Source: Gemmatimonadales bacterium (lineage in GTDB: Bacteria; Gemmatimonadota; Gemmatimonadetes; Gemmatimonadales; GWC2-71-9). From it: DNA of 64,000 nt. Below, piece by piece: positions 17,153 through 27,415 of this stretch; the stretch's first letter is position 1, and each line of letters starts with the position of its first letter. The stretch spans positions 2,272,001 through 2,336,000 of the forward strand of contig OZ252244.1 of assembly GCA_965249575.1 (NCBI GenBank). Direction: 5' to 3'. Under the pieces are notes generated by a model that was not told where the DNA came from, searched no databases, and worked only from the letters and a program-made list of their open reading frames with translations. The translations under genes were made by a program, and so were the position numbers.

Positions 17153-18868
17153 CTAGTACCGCCACCGGTCCGGGTCGTGACCCTCCGGGGCGCTTGCGGC
17201 GATGTGGTCCGCCATTGCCCGTAACATTGCGGCAGCAGGCATCGGCCTCCAGCAATGCCCCTTCATGGGTCGCCCGTAGACGATTTCACCTTCGTAGTAA
17301 GGCTCTGCCGACTCGAGAAACTCTTCAAGTTTGTAGACGGCGAGGTTGAGATAGAACTGGTCCATCTCGCCGACGTACACATGCAGCTTCTCCACGAGGT
17401 CGGGTCCGATCGCGGACCAGTTCTCCCGGACGTGATGTACCAGGTCGTACCCATGATCCCGCATGTAGTCGGCGGCGACCCGGTCGATCGAACCCGTTGC
17501 CTTGTCCCACAACTGCCTAACGTATCCATCGTCGCCCACGGGACCGTAGGCCGCCTCCCATATCCCCAGTTGTTCGCCCGATCGGCCGCGGCTACCCAGG
17601 ACTAGTTCGAACCGGCTCATGTCCCGAGTGGTGATCGTCGGCTGCCCGATCAGGTCGGTGAATCGCCAGTAGTCCCGCATCCAATAGCGCTCGGGCACGA
17701 TCCACTCTCGGTGAAAGCTTGGTACGAACGCCGAAGTGTCCTCGTAGATGTTGATCAAGCCGTATCTCGTAAAGTCGATGGGATCGGGGCAGAGAGCCCA
17801 CGCGCCGCCGAAGAAGGCCGGGTGATGAATCTGCAGTGCCAACGACTCCCAGCCTCCGGTCGATCCGCCGGTTAGCACCCGGGCATACGGTTCTCCAATC
17901 GCTCGAAACTCACGCTCTACGCGGGGAATGAGCTCTTGAATGATGGCGTCACCGTAGGGGCCATTGTTCGCCGAATTGACGGCGTATGAATCGTCGTAGT
18001 ACGGGGTCGGGTGCTGGAACGTCACGCCGATCATGCGGGGGAACCCGGGCGAGGTCCAATGACGGTAGAACTGAAAGCCGGTCTCTCCGTTGTGGTGAAG
18101 GCGCAGCGCCCGTTGCTCGGCCGTTTCGGGGGTACTGTCCGTACGAAAGCCGAGGGGCGGCCGGAGCGAGAAGTGTCCCTGCTGGTAAACCACTGGATAG
18201 GATACCTCGGGGTGGTCGTCGTAGCCCTGCGGCAGCAATACCGTTGCGCCAAGGTAGATTGGGCGACCCCAGAACGCGCTCAACAGATCGCTCTTGAACT
18301 TGATTCGCCTTACCCAATCGTTGTCAGGCGGAATCTCGACTGGGGGAATCACGTCCGTCAGGCTAAGCGCGACATCGTAGCCGGCTTTCGGATCGAGCCG
18401 CAATTCTCGGACGGCGCTGTGCAGATTGCCGGGCGATCGGTTGAATCGCTGTCCCTCCCACTGATCGTCGTGGAGCCATACGACGTGCCCGTCGGACCGG
18501 GGGAACTCAGTGTAGATGTTGACCAACGCCTGAACGAAGTAATCCCCCGAGGGAATGTCGCCCAGGCTCTTAACAGGGTATCCGAGGGTCTTCTCGTCGA
18601 TGACGACTTCTTGGTCGGGTCCGAGTCCCTCGACGTCCTTCCCGAAGAACGGGACGCTAGTCTCCCATGCGCCGGCCTGAAGTCTGGGCTCCGGCTCCCC
18701 GCGTCGGCTGAGCATCAGGAACACTCTGCCGGTGATTGGTTCGCTTCGGGTTGTGGACGGCACCGAGATCCGGAAGCGAAGGGTGGGGTGGTCCGCCTGG
18801 GCGCTTAGGGGGCTGGCGGAAACGACGGCGATCGCGAGAGCCAACTGATACTGCCGCAACCTCTCCAT
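17153..18868 (-). CDS. Secreted alpha/beta hydrolase (putative esterase)
   Basis: Signal peptide MERLRQYQLALAIAVVSASPLSA; GGSTGG nucleophile elbow; NSANNGPY; C-terminal GH. Confidence 0.85.
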   Translation of the reverse strand: MERLRQYQLALAIAVVSASPLSAQADHPTLRFRISVPSTTRSEPITGRVFLMLSRRGEPEPRLQAGAWETSVPFFGKDVEGLGPDQEVVIDEKTLGYPVKSLGDIPSGDYFVQALVNIYTEFPRSDGHVVWLHDDQWEGQRFNRSPGNLHSAVRELRLDPKAGYDVALSLTDVIPPVEIPPDNDWVRRIKFKSDLLSAFWGRPIYLGATVLLPQGYDDHPEVSYPVVYQQGHFSLRPPLGFRTDSTPETAEQRALRLHHNGETGFQFYRHWTSPGFPRMIGVTFQHPTPYYDDSYAVNSANNGPYGDAIIQELIPRVEREFRAIGEPYARVLTGGSTGGWESLALQIHHPAFFGGAWALCPDPIDFTRYGLINIYEDTSAFVPSFHREWIVPERYWMRDYWRFTDLIGQPTITTRDMSRFELVLGSRGRSGEQLGIWEAAYGPVGDDGYVRQLWDKATGSIDRVAADYMRDHGYDLVHHVRENWSAIGPDLVEKLHVYVGEMDQFYLNLAVYKLEEFLESAEPYYEGEIVYGRPMKGHCWRPMPAAAMLRAMADHIAASAPEGHDPDRWRY

Positions 18869-19002
18869 ACTTCCCTCGTGGGTTCGGAGTGGGTGGGTTT
18901 CGGCGGGCCGCCCGCCTCGGCGCCGGCAAGTCCCCGAATGAAAGGGGTGAGGACCGCGGCCGGCGCTTAGGGGGGACTGGTTATCGACCGCGCGTACCGG
19001 GT

Positions 19003-20301
19003 TCATCCCACCCGCCGGGTCTTGCGCCGCATGAAGTCCATGAGGATGAACTGACCCAGGGTCATCGTATTGGTGAAGTACGCTTTTCCCCTGGATATTT
19101 CCGAGACTTTCTTGACGAATTCTATCAGCGAGCGGTCGCGGGCCAGCATGAACGTATTAATCATGATGCCGCTGCGTTTCGCGATCGCGACCTCGCGGTA
19201 CGTAGCCGACAGGATCCTCGGATCGAGCCCCATCGAATTGACGTAAATGCGGCCGTCGGGCATGGTGAGTGCCGACGGTTTCCCGTCGGTGATCATGATG
19301 ATCTGCCGCATGTCCTTTTTTTGCGCCAGCAACAGGCGCCGCGCGAGTTTGAGCCCCTCCGCCGTGTTCGTATGGTACGGTCCCACTTGCGCGTGGGTGA
19401 GCCGTCCAAGGGGAATTTCCTCCGCAGAGTCGTGAAAGAGCACTACCCGCAGACTATCGCCCGGGTATTGCGTTCGGATCAGGTGGGTGAGCGCCAGCGC
19501 CACTTTCTTGGCCGGCGTGAACCGGTCTTCACCGTACAGGATCATCGAGTGAGAGCAGTCGAGTAACAGTACCGTCGCGGCGCTCGAGCGGTACTCAGCC
19601 TGATACACCATGAGATCGCGGTAATCCAAATCGATCGGCACGCTCACGCCGACCCTTCGCATCGCGTTCGAAAGTGTGGCGTTGACGTCTAGATTCAGCG
19701 TGTCGCCGAATTCGTAGGGTTTCGAGACGGCCTCCGCCTCCACGCCCGTCGCGAGGTATGGAGTGTCGTGACTCCCAAAGCTCGAACGGCCGACACTTCC
19801 TAGGAGGTGCCGAAGTGCCCGATACCCCAGGAAGTCGACTCCCTTCTCCGTGAGATTGAATTCCACGTGCTGGGCTGCACTGTGGGCCTGGCCGCCCGGC
19901 CCGAGGAGTGGCTGGTGGCCGCTCGGCATCTGTGGTGCCTGCTCGGCGCTCAGGTAGCCTTGGTCGATGAGCTCCTGTACGATTTCATCGAGTAGCTGCG
20001 CGAGATCGTGCTCGATTTCGGCGTCGCGCTCCGGATCGCCGGTGGTGTCGCCGCGCAATACCTTGAGCATCTCGTCCGAGAGCTTGCCGGACTCCATGAG
20101 CGCTCGAACGATGGCCTCCCGCAGGGCATCGACAGAGCGGTCGCCTTCCTCCTCTCCGAACTCACCCCAGTAGGGGTGATACATCGGACCCCCCGCAAAA
20201 CCCGACTGCAGGAGGAAGTCACTGAGTTGATCGAGGAGATCCTGGAGATTGATGGCGTCCAGGAGTCCCGGAATGTGTTTCGAGTAGGTGGTGTATCGCA
20301 T
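19003..20301 (-). CDS. VWA domain protein (partner of the chelatase-type AAA ATPase)
   Basis: MIDAS DCSHS, YHTN, ITDGKPS. Confidence 0.9.
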   Translation of the reverse strand: MRYTTYSKHIPGLLDAINLQDLLDQLSDFLLQSGFAGGPMYHPYWGEFGEEEGDRSVDALREAIVRALMESGKLSDEMLKVLRGDTTGDPERDAEIEHDLAQLLDEIVQELIDQGYLSAEQAPQMPSGHQPLLGPGGQAHSAAQHVEFNLTEKGVDFLGYRALRHLLGSVGRSSFGSHDTPYLATGVEAEAVSKPYEFGDTLNLDVNATLSNAMRRVGVSVPIDLDYRDLMVYQAEYRSSAATVLLLDCSHSMILYGEDRFTPAKKVALALTHLIRTQYPGDSLRVVLFHDSAEEIPLGRLTHAQVGPYHTNTAEGLKLARRLLLAQKKDMRQIIMITDGKPSALTMPDGRIYVNSMGLDPRILSATYREVAIAKRSGIMINTFMLARDRSLIEFVKKVSEISRGKAYFTNTMTLGQFILMDFMRRKTRRVG

Positions 20302-20406
20302 CGATTGGTCCGTTCCTTGTTCAAAACTTGCAGTGTTGTCATTGTTCCCGCAATGATTTGGCGTGAAAGCAGCCCGTGTGGCGACGATGGATTCCCGCGT
20401 CCGGAG

Positions 20407-20430
20407 CGGGCCGGCCGGCCGGCCGGCCCG
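20407..20430. repeat. Perfect 24-bp palindrome containing (GGCC)5
   Basis: CGGGCCGGCCGGCCGGCCGGCCCG in the divergent VWA/MFS intergenic region. Confidence 0.8.
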
Positions 20431-20444
20431 ATTGTGCCCGCGGC

Positions 20445-21719
20445 GTGACGCCCTCGGAGCACCGGTCGCCGCCATCTCCTCCGCCGCAGGATACGAGTCT
20501 CAAGCGTCGGCCCCCGCACACGTTCAGTGCTCTCCGGCATCGCAATTTTCTCCTGTTCTTTTCAGGCCATCTCATATCCCTCGTCGGGACGTGGATGCAG
20601 ATCGTCGCCCAGTCGTGGCTCGTCTTCATCTTGACGGACTCCGCCTTTTACGTTGGGCTGGTCGACGCGCTGGAATCGATTCCGATCTTGGCTCTCTCAC
20701 TCTACGGGGGCGTCATCGCCGATCGAATCCCGAAACGCCGGCTGATCGCTATCACCCAATCGTGTTCGATGGTCCTGGCCTTTGTGTTGGCGGCGATCGT
20801 GTTGGCCGATGTGGCCACGGTTGGCCAGGTCATGGTCATCGCGACGCTGCACGGCGTGGTCAATGCGTTCGACTTCCCGGCCCGACAAGCCCTCTACAGC
20901 GAGGTGGTGAGCCGCGACGATCTTATGAACGCGATCGCCCTCAATGCGTCGGCGTTTAACGCCTCACGGATTGTCGGCCCGGCGATCGCCGGGGCTGTGA
21001 TCGGCCTCTTCGGCGTGGCGGCGTGCTTTCTCGTCAACGGGGTTTCGTATGTCGCGGTGCTCGTTGGACTCTTCTCGATGCGCGTGCCGGCGGAGGGCAG
21101 CGCGGAGGCGGGGCCTTCTGCGTGGTCCAGGATTCGCGCGGGCTTGCGCCACATTGCCGCTGACACTCGGATGAGAACCCTCTTCTTCGCCCTTGCGGTC
21201 GTCAGCGTCTTCGGCAGGCCGCTCCTCGTACTCCTTCCCATTGTCGCGAAGAGCGTCCTGGGCCGAGGTGCCGCGGAGTACGGCTGGATGATGTCTTCGG
21301 TTGGCATTGGCGCGGTCGCTGGGGGCCTGGCCGTCGCGACGTTCGCCGGTCGCATCCCTAAGGGACGTGTGGTCGCGTGGTCTGCGTCCGCGTTCGGACT
21401 CCTGCTCATCATGCTGTCGTTGGTTCGGACCCTCCCGCTGGCGCTCGTGTTGCTCGCGGCTTGGGGATGCACGATGAGTTTGAACGGCTCGATTGCCAAT
21501 ACGCTCCTGCAGACGATGTCGCCCGATGCATTGAGAGGACGGGTGATGTCAGTCTATACCTTCGTGGTGATGGGGCTCGCGCCGCTCGGCGCGCTTCAGG
21601 CGGGCGCGATTGCCGAGACGCTCGGCGCGCCCGTGGCGATGGCGATCGGTGGGACTTGCTGTATGCTGTTTGCCGGATTGGTGCTGCTCAGGTCACCGAA
21701 GCTGAGCCAAACGCGGTGA
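20445..21719 (+). CDS. MFS transporter (MFS_3/DHA3-like)
   Basis: FSALRHRNF, GTWMQ, GGVIADRIPKR, PARQA, LRGRVMS; about 12 hydrophobic segments. Confidence 0.92.
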   Translation: MTPSEHRSPPSPPPQDTSLKRRPPHTFSALRHRNFLLFFSGHLISLVGTWMQIVAQSWLVFILTDSAFYVGLVDALESIPILALSLYGGVIADRIPKRRLIAITQSCSMVLAFVLAAIVLADVATVGQVMVIATLHGVVNAFDFPARQALYSEVVSRDDLMNAIALNASAFNASRIVGPAIAGAVIGLFGVAACFLVNGVSYVAVLVGLFSMRVPAEGSAEAGPSAWSRIRAGLRHIAADTRMRTLFFALAVVSVFGRPLLVLLPIVAKSVLGRGAAEYGWMMSSVGIGAVAGGLAVATFAGRIPKGRVVAWSASAFGLLLIMLSLVRTLPLALVLLAAWGCTMSLNGSIANTLLQTMSPDALRGRVMSVYTFVVMGLAPLGALQAGAIAETLGAPVAMAIGGTCCMLFAGLVLLRSPKLSQTR

Positions 21720-21729
21720 GGGGTACGGG

Positions 21730-22362
21730 CTACTGCCAGCCCCGCATCCGTGCGGCGGAGACGATGAGGCTCGCGATGTCCTCGAAGCCGAAGGCGTCGC
21801 TGTTGAATACCAGGTGATAGTTGGCTGGGTCGTCCCAGGACCGGTGGTAATGCGTCTTCACGTACCGCCGCCGTCCTTCATCGAGCTCGTCGACGGTCCG
21901 TTCCGCTTCCTTGCGGTTGAGGTGTAGCCGGTCGATCGTGCGCTGAATGCGCACCTCCCGGGGGGCCACGACGCGTACGTGCAGCGTGCCACTCCGCTCC
22001 CCGAGGTGTGCTTGGGCCCCACGGCCGACGAGTACGACGTGGTCGTGCTGCACGGCCTCGTTGATGACGACCCCGGTGACTCGGACCAGGTCGTCCTCTG
22101 CCGGTGGGGCGGCTACGGTTGCCTCACCGGTCGCAACGAAGACTTCGGGTGACGAGAGAGCCAGCGCGCGCGCCAACCGCTCCACAAGGCCAGGAACTCG
22201 CTCCTCCCGTCGCTCCACCTCGTCCGGCGCCAGGCCGGCGCGCTTAGCGACGAGGTCGACGAACTCGTTGTCGATCGGCGTCCAGCCCAGCTGACTGGCC
22301 ACCAGCTTTGCTATCTCCGACCCCCCCGAAGCGTACTGCCGCGACACGGTGATCACGGGCAT
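21730..22362 (-). CDS. Cytidylate kinase-like family protein
   Basis: MPVITVSRQYASGG, VLVGRG, WDDPANYHLVFN. Confidence 0.9.
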   Translation of the reverse strand: MPVITVSRQYASGGSEIAKLVASQLGWTPIDNEFVDLVAKRAGLAPDEVERREERVPGLVERLARALALSSPEVFVATGEATVAAPPAEDDLVRVTGVVINEAVQHDHVVLVGRGAQAHLGERSGTLHVRVVAPREVRIQRTIDRLHLNRKEAERTVDELDEGRRRYVKTHYHRSWDDPANYHLVFNSDAFGFEDIASLIVSAARMRGWQ

Positions 22363-22373
22363 CTCGCACCTTC

Positions 22374-23852
22374 TCAGCTGAGGAGATTTGGCCCCGTTGG
22401 CCCCTGCCCCTTCCCGTAGGGCGGCGGTCGCTCGGCGCGCGCGCGGGCGTAGCCGAGCTCCTCGCTGCGCGAGAGGCGCTTCTGAGACACCAGGCCTTCG
22501 AGCACCAGCTCGCAAGCCGAGACGAGCGCGCCGGGGTCCTTGCGGGGCGCGAGGCCCACGCGCTCGATTAAGTCGAGCAGGTCTGGGACGGTGGCGAACC
22601 CCTTGAGGCACACGTCGGACCGTTCGTGTTGGGACACCTTGAGTGCCCCGCCTCCGTCAAACCACTGAACGATGGCGTCGCAGTCCGCGCCGCCCGCGAG
22701 ATTCTCGAACGTCTTACCGGCGGCTCGCCGGACCAGATCCTTCGCGACCGTTTCCGCGCCTTGCAGCTCTCCCTCGTATTCGAGCTCGATCTTCCCCGTG
22801 ATGGAAGGCAGGGCCGCGTACACGTCGGACACCCGGGGCACCACCCGCTTCTCGCGTCGGAGAAGGGCTCGTTGTTCCGCACTGGAAACGGCGTTCTCGA
22901 GCACGCTGATCGGAAGCCGTTGGCTTACCCCCGAGCGGCCGTCGATCCGTTTGTCTTGACGCGCCTCGATGGCGATCCGCTCGATCAGCTCCCGAAGGAA
23001 GGCCGGGATCCCCAGCAGCCGCCCATTGCGCTCGAGCCACGCCTCCTGCGCCGTGATGGCGATCCCGTGATCCAATGTCGGGGGGTAGTGCGTGAGGATC
23101 TCACTGCCGATTCGATCCTTGAGCGGGGTGATGATCTTGCCCCTGGCGGTGTAGTCTTCGGGATTGGCGGAAAACACCAGCGCTACGTCCAGGGGAAGCC
23201 GAATGGGGTATCCCTTGATCTGGATATCTCCCTCCTGGAGGATATTGAACAGCCCGACCTGGATTTTCCCGGCTAGGTCCGGAAGCTCATTGAGGGCGAA
23301 GACGCCGCGATTGCTCCGCGGGAGGAGCCCATAGTGCATCGTCAACTCGTCCGACAGAAGATGCCCCCCACGCGCCGCTCTGATCGGGTCAACATCCCCG
23401 ATCATGTCGGCGATCGTGACATCGGGAGTCGCCATTTTTTCGACGTACCGCTCGTCCCGGCGCGCCCAGGCAATCGGCAAGTCTTCTCCCATCTCCTCGT
23501 ATCGCTGCCGCCCGAACTTCGAGATCGGGTGGAAGGGATTGTCGTTCACCTCACTGCCGGCGATGATGGGCATCTCCTCGTCGAGGAGGTTGACGAGCGC
23601 CCGCAGGATGCGGCTTTTCGCTTGCCCACGTAGCCCCAACAAAATGAAGTTGTGCCGCGCCAGCACCGCGTTGACTATCTGTGGAATTACCGTCTCTTCA
23701 AACCCGATGATCCCTGGAAACACTTCCCGCTCGGCATCGAGATAGCAGATGAGATTCTCTCGCATTTCGTCCTTGACGGAGCGAGTGTGCCGCGCCGGGT
23801 CTCCCCATTCCGTTTGCCGGAGGTCACCGAGGGTTGATGGTTGGGTCTTCAT
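22374..23852 (-). CDS. Magnesium chelatase-like AAA+ ATPase
   Basis: GLRGQAKS Walker A, ALNELPDL, SANPEDYTARG, PLKDRIGS. Confidence 0.9.
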   Translation of the reverse strand: MKTQPSTLGDLRQTEWGDPARHTRSVKDEMRENLICYLDAEREVFPGIIGFEETVIPQIVNAVLARHNFILLGLRGQAKSRILRALVNLLDEEMPIIAGSEVNDNPFHPISKFGRQRYEEMGEDLPIAWARRDERYVEKMATPDVTIADMIGDVDPIRAARGGHLLSDELTMHYGLLPRSNRGVFALNELPDLAGKIQVGLFNILQEGDIQIKGYPIRLPLDVALVFSANPEDYTARGKIITPLKDRIGSEILTHYPPTLDHGIAITAQEAWLERNGRLLGIPAFLRELIERIAIEARQDKRIDGRSGVSQRLPISVLENAVSSAEQRALLRREKRVVPRVSDVYAALPSITGKIELEYEGELQGAETVAKDLVRRAAGKTFENLAGGADCDAIVQWFDGGGALKVSQHERSDVCLKGFATVPDLLDLIERVGLAPRKDPGALVSACELVLEGLVSQKRLSRSEELGYARARAERPPPYGKGQGPTGPNLLS

Positions 23853-23949
23853 GAAGTCTTCCTAGAACGGGCTACGTGAATCGCCACTCACCGCGCGAGG
23901 ATACACTGCGCGGGCTGCATTCACCGATACCCCAATTAACTCAACGCGT

Positions 23950-26274
23950 TCATTCCACAGCAAGTGTGACGTCGTGTAGCCGAACGGCGGCGACCCCGCG
24001 AGCGCGCAGCGGCACAACGACCCCCCGACCACGAATGAGCGGCAACTCCGCGAGCACGCGGTCCCGGAAGTCGACGAGCGAGGCAGCACGGAATCCCAGC
24101 ACCCCCATGCCGACGGTCGCATCGCGAGCGACCCCCAAGACCTCTTGGAGATACAGGGTCGCGTTGTTACTGGGGTCTGCCGTACGCAGTCCAAGCACGA
24201 CCACGCCCGGCTGATCGACAATCAAGAGCGAGCCAAAGCTCGGGAGGGCAGCCGGCCCGTCCCCGGGGACGGGGGCGGAAACAAGCGGTTCGGCACTCCA
24301 CCCGAATCGCCACGGATCGGCGTCGAACGCTCCGGTGCGTGCGATGGCGATTCGATATCGCGACCGCCCGCGAGGGGCAAAACTGATCAGGGTCCCATCA
24401 GTCCGGACTGCTGCCTGGGGGGCGTCGAGGCCTCGGACGAGCACTGTCCGCTCCTGGGATGCGAGCCGAATCCAGCGCAGATGTGTCAGCGCGGGGATCG
24501 GCGCGGGGCCCCCGTCCGTGCCGGCCGGTACCTCCCACGCGACGTCTGGATTCTCCACTGCAAACGCGAATCCGTACTCCATCGCGCTCTGCCCCGAGGC
24601 TCGGGCCTCGACCGTGACATCGATCCAAGGGAGATCGTCATACAGAGTCAGCGTTGAACGAACCCCGCCACGTGGGGACGACCGCTCCGCGACGAGTTGA
24701 ATACCAATGCCCGGAAGCCACTGCTTTTCTACCGCTTCGAGCCGGGCGCCATCTATGTGGATCACTCCGTTCGAGTCCGGGCGCACGAGTTCCGTCCGAT
24801 CGAAACGATTGGTGAGCGAGCGAACGGCACCCGTTCGATCATCGAGTGCCAACCGAAAGTAGCGTCCGTCCATCACGCTGACTCCCGTGGCTGACGCCGC
24901 TTCCGGTCGCTCTGGCCGATGGTCTCGGGGGAGACACACGTACCCGAGCGCCGGCACATCGGTGACGATTCTCCTGCTTCCACCCGGCGCAACCGCAACG
25001 TCGGTTCGAGGAAACGGACTAGTGTTGAAGAAGAGGGTCGCGGGAACCGGGAACGCAAATTGGGCGGCCACCGCGTCGAGTCCCTGGGCGCTCGTCGAAC
25101 TAAGACGGTCGGCCAGGAGTGCGACTGCGGCCTGGGTACGGCCCCTCCGCTGCTCGGCACGGGCATTCGAGAAGCGAGTCAGGGCCGGCAGTGACGTTAC
25201 CTCGAGGTCGCGTGTCCCCTGCGGACGGACCGATATGTCCGGGCCGTATTGTGTCGCGATCCCTTGCAGCAGGCTCTCCGCATCGCCCAGGAGTATGCGC
25301 GGATAGGCGTACCGCTCGTTCCACGCTGCAAGCGAGCGCCGCACGGCCGCTGTCATTTCGGCCGCATGCTCGCCCAGCACCAAAGCGCCTCGGGACGGAT
25401 AAGTGGGAGAAAGAAGCGCGGGCTCTGATGTCAGCCATCGCTCGACGCGGCGGGCCATTTCGTTTACGTCGTCACCAAAGCCTAACGATCCGGGAGTGGC
25501 GGAGGGCCCGACGCTCGCCTGAAGGATTCGCGACCCGTCCGGAGACGGTATCCACTCGAACCCCATCCCCGATGGCAATCGACGCACCAGATAGCGCACA
25601 CCGCTTCCGGCCAACATTAGGCCGGTTGTACTTACTCGATCGGCAATACCCTGGCGATCGAGGACGATCGTTCCGGCAAAGAGTCCGTATGGGTTTCCGA
25701 CACTCCGCGCGCTCTCGCACAGGGAGAGAAACTCGACGTGGTCGAGATGCTCGGGCGCCTCCGTCGCGGCCAACACGTTGCCCCTTACACCGGCCCGAAG
25801 AAGTGCGGCGGCGCGCGCTCCCTCCAGCTGCAAGGGTACGCGACTCAGGTCCCGCGACAATTCCCGGGCATCAGCGAGGGTCACCAGATAGAGCGTCCAG
25901 CGTGGACGCTCACGAAGGTGGTGTTCCGAGCGAACCACCCCCCGTCGGCCGGGGATTTCGAGATGGGTGAGGACGGCCATCCCGTCTTCGACACGCAGCC
26001 AGAGTTCGCCGTACAGCGTGCTGCCAACCGAGATGACACCCGCCGTGCCGAGTAGTCGCTGGCGGCGGTCATATACTCTGAGTCGTCCTGCTGGAGCATC
26101 GGTGCCCGACACTGAGAAGCGGACTAGCGTGTTCTCCCCGTCGGGTGGGGCGTAGAAGACGGTGGCTGTCGCCTCGACCTGGGGAGCGCCGGGGCGGAGA
26201 CGCCGCCCACCCACGGGTGCCAGCGCCCCGCCGGCGCCCACCAGAGTGGCAAGAAAGCCCCTGCGGTCGGTCAT
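23950..26274 (-). CDS. Tat-exported protein with degenerate GH38 (alpha-mannosidase)-like architecture
   Basis: MTDRRGFL twin-arginine signal; GH38-like segments WIPSPDGSRIL, WNERYAYPRI, FNTSPFPRTD and DVPALGY. Confidence 0.6.
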   Translation of the reverse strand: MTDRRGFLATLVGAGGALAPVGGRRLRPGAPQVEATATVFYAPPDGENTLVRFSVSGTDAPAGRLRVYDRRQRLLGTAGVISVGSTLYGELWLRVEDGMAVLTHLEIPGRRGVVRSEHHLRERPRWTLYLVTLADARELSRDLSRVPLQLEGARAAALLRAGVRGNVLAATEAPEHLDHVEFLSLCESARSVGNPYGLFAGTIVLDRQGIADRVSTTGLMLAGSGVRYLVRRLPSGMGFEWIPSPDGSRILQASVGPSATPGSLGFGDDVNEMARRVERWLTSEPALLSPTYPSRGALVLGEHAAEMTAAVRRSLAAWNERYAYPRILLGDAESLLQGIATQYGPDISVRPQGTRDLEVTSLPALTRFSNARAEQRRGRTQAAVALLADRLSSTSAQGLDAVAAQFAFPVPATLFFNTSPFPRTDVAVAPGGSRRIVTDVPALGYVCLPRDHRPERPEAASATGVSVMDGRYFRLALDDRTGAVRSLTNRFDRTELVRPDSNGVIHIDGARLEAVEKQWLPGIGIQLVAERSSPRGGVRSTLTLYDDLPWIDVTVEARASGQSAMEYGFAFAVENPDVAWEVPAGTDGGPAPIPALTHLRWIRLASQERTVLVRGLDAPQAAVRTDGTLISFAPRGRSRYRIAIARTGAFDADPWRFGWSAEPLVSAPVPGDGPAALPSFGSLLIVDQPGVVVLGLRTADPSNNATLYLQEVLGVARDATVGMGVLGFRAASLVDFRDRVLAELPLIRGRGVVVPLRARGVAAVRLHDVTLAVE

Positions 26275-26343
26275 TGTCGCCCTAAAGTCTCGCGTTTGGG
26301 ACGATTCGCGTCGATGAGAGCCGAAAGGCGGGTTTCTGGTGGA

Positions 26344-27354
26344 CTAGTTGTCGAACGTGAACGGAAGTTCGATCACCTTTGCTTCAACGCCGGCCGCCCA
26401 GACCGCCTTGCTTCGGTCGACCTCCCGGCGGATCATGCTCAGTCCGATGTACTCCTCGTTCGGCGCGAGCCAAGCGATGCTTGTCACGCGACCGACCTGC
26501 CGGTCGCCTTGGCGGACATCCGTGCGTCCGAGGTCAGGCGCATCTTCCCAGGTGAGCCCCGTCAAAAGCCGGTTTGGATGACCGCGGAAGTGCACCCGGG
26601 CCACGGTTTCCTGTCCGGTATAACAACCTTTGGTATAGGAGACACCATTGATTTGATCGAACCGCACCTCTTGGGGCAATGTCTTGCGATCGATCTCCGC
26701 GCCCAAGCGTGGCCAACCAGCGAGAATGCGGCCTGTCTCCAGCGTGCCGGAGGTTCCCGATACCGCGCCGGCGTCTTCCAGACGCGCGCGCATTGACACG
26801 GCGGCCTCGCCATGCAGTGCCAACGCCAACCCGAAGGGAGCCCCCTCCAATGGGCGCGCCACCAGACTGCTAGCGTGTCCCTCCAAGCCGACCGTCACCC
26901 GCCCCGGGGCCGGCGGCTCGATCCCCGCGGCGGCCGCGACGTCGAGCGCGGACGGGCCGGCCAGCCACACTACGTCGGTCCGCTCCGGGCGCTCGCTGAC
27001 GCGCGCGAGCCTCGGCGGCAAGGTACGCCTGAAAATGTCCAGCAAGGGCTCCTTCCCCTGAGTCGGGACGAACAGCGTCACCGAGCTGCCGATCCGGGCG
27101 GTCCACACATCCGTGACGATCATGCCCTTGGGCGTGAGTACCGCGCCGTATACGAGCGCGCCCTCGCCGGGCCCCTCGAGGTCGTTGGTCAGGAGGCCCT
27201 GAATACACGTCACCGCCCCGGGCCCGCGTACATCGAGTACCTCGGCGTCCGGCTTGCCAACGACCGCTCCCATCATGAGCGCCTCGACCTGAGAGGAAGG
27301 GACGTCGTGAGGGGCAACGATTAGGGCGGATGCAGATTTCGCGCTTTCGGTCAT
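26344..27354 (-). CDS. ygfZ: Folate-binding Fe-S cluster repair protein YgfZ/GcvT family
   Basis: KGCYTGQE signature. Confidence 0.93.
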   Translation of the reverse strand: MTESAKSASALIVAPHDVPSSQVEALMMGAVVGKPDAEVLDVRGPGAVTCIQGLLTNDLEGPGEGALVYGAVLTPKGMIVTDVWTARIGSSVTLFVPTQGKEPLLDIFRRTLPPRLARVSERPERTDVVWLAGPSALDVAAAAGIEPPAPGRVTVGLEGHASSLVARPLEGAPFGLALALHGEAAVSMRARLEDAGAVSGTSGTLETGRILAGWPRLGAEIDRKTLPQEVRFDQINGVSYTKGCYTGQETVARVHFRGHPNRLLTGLTWEDAPDLGRTDVRQGDRQVGRVTSIAWLAPNEEYIGLSMIRREVDRSKAVWAAGVEAKVIELPFTFDN

Positions 27355-27415
27355 GCAAATTCGAGAGTAGCTCCCACCGCGACCTCCGGCAAGGGACGGC
27401 GCGACAAAGCCGTTT

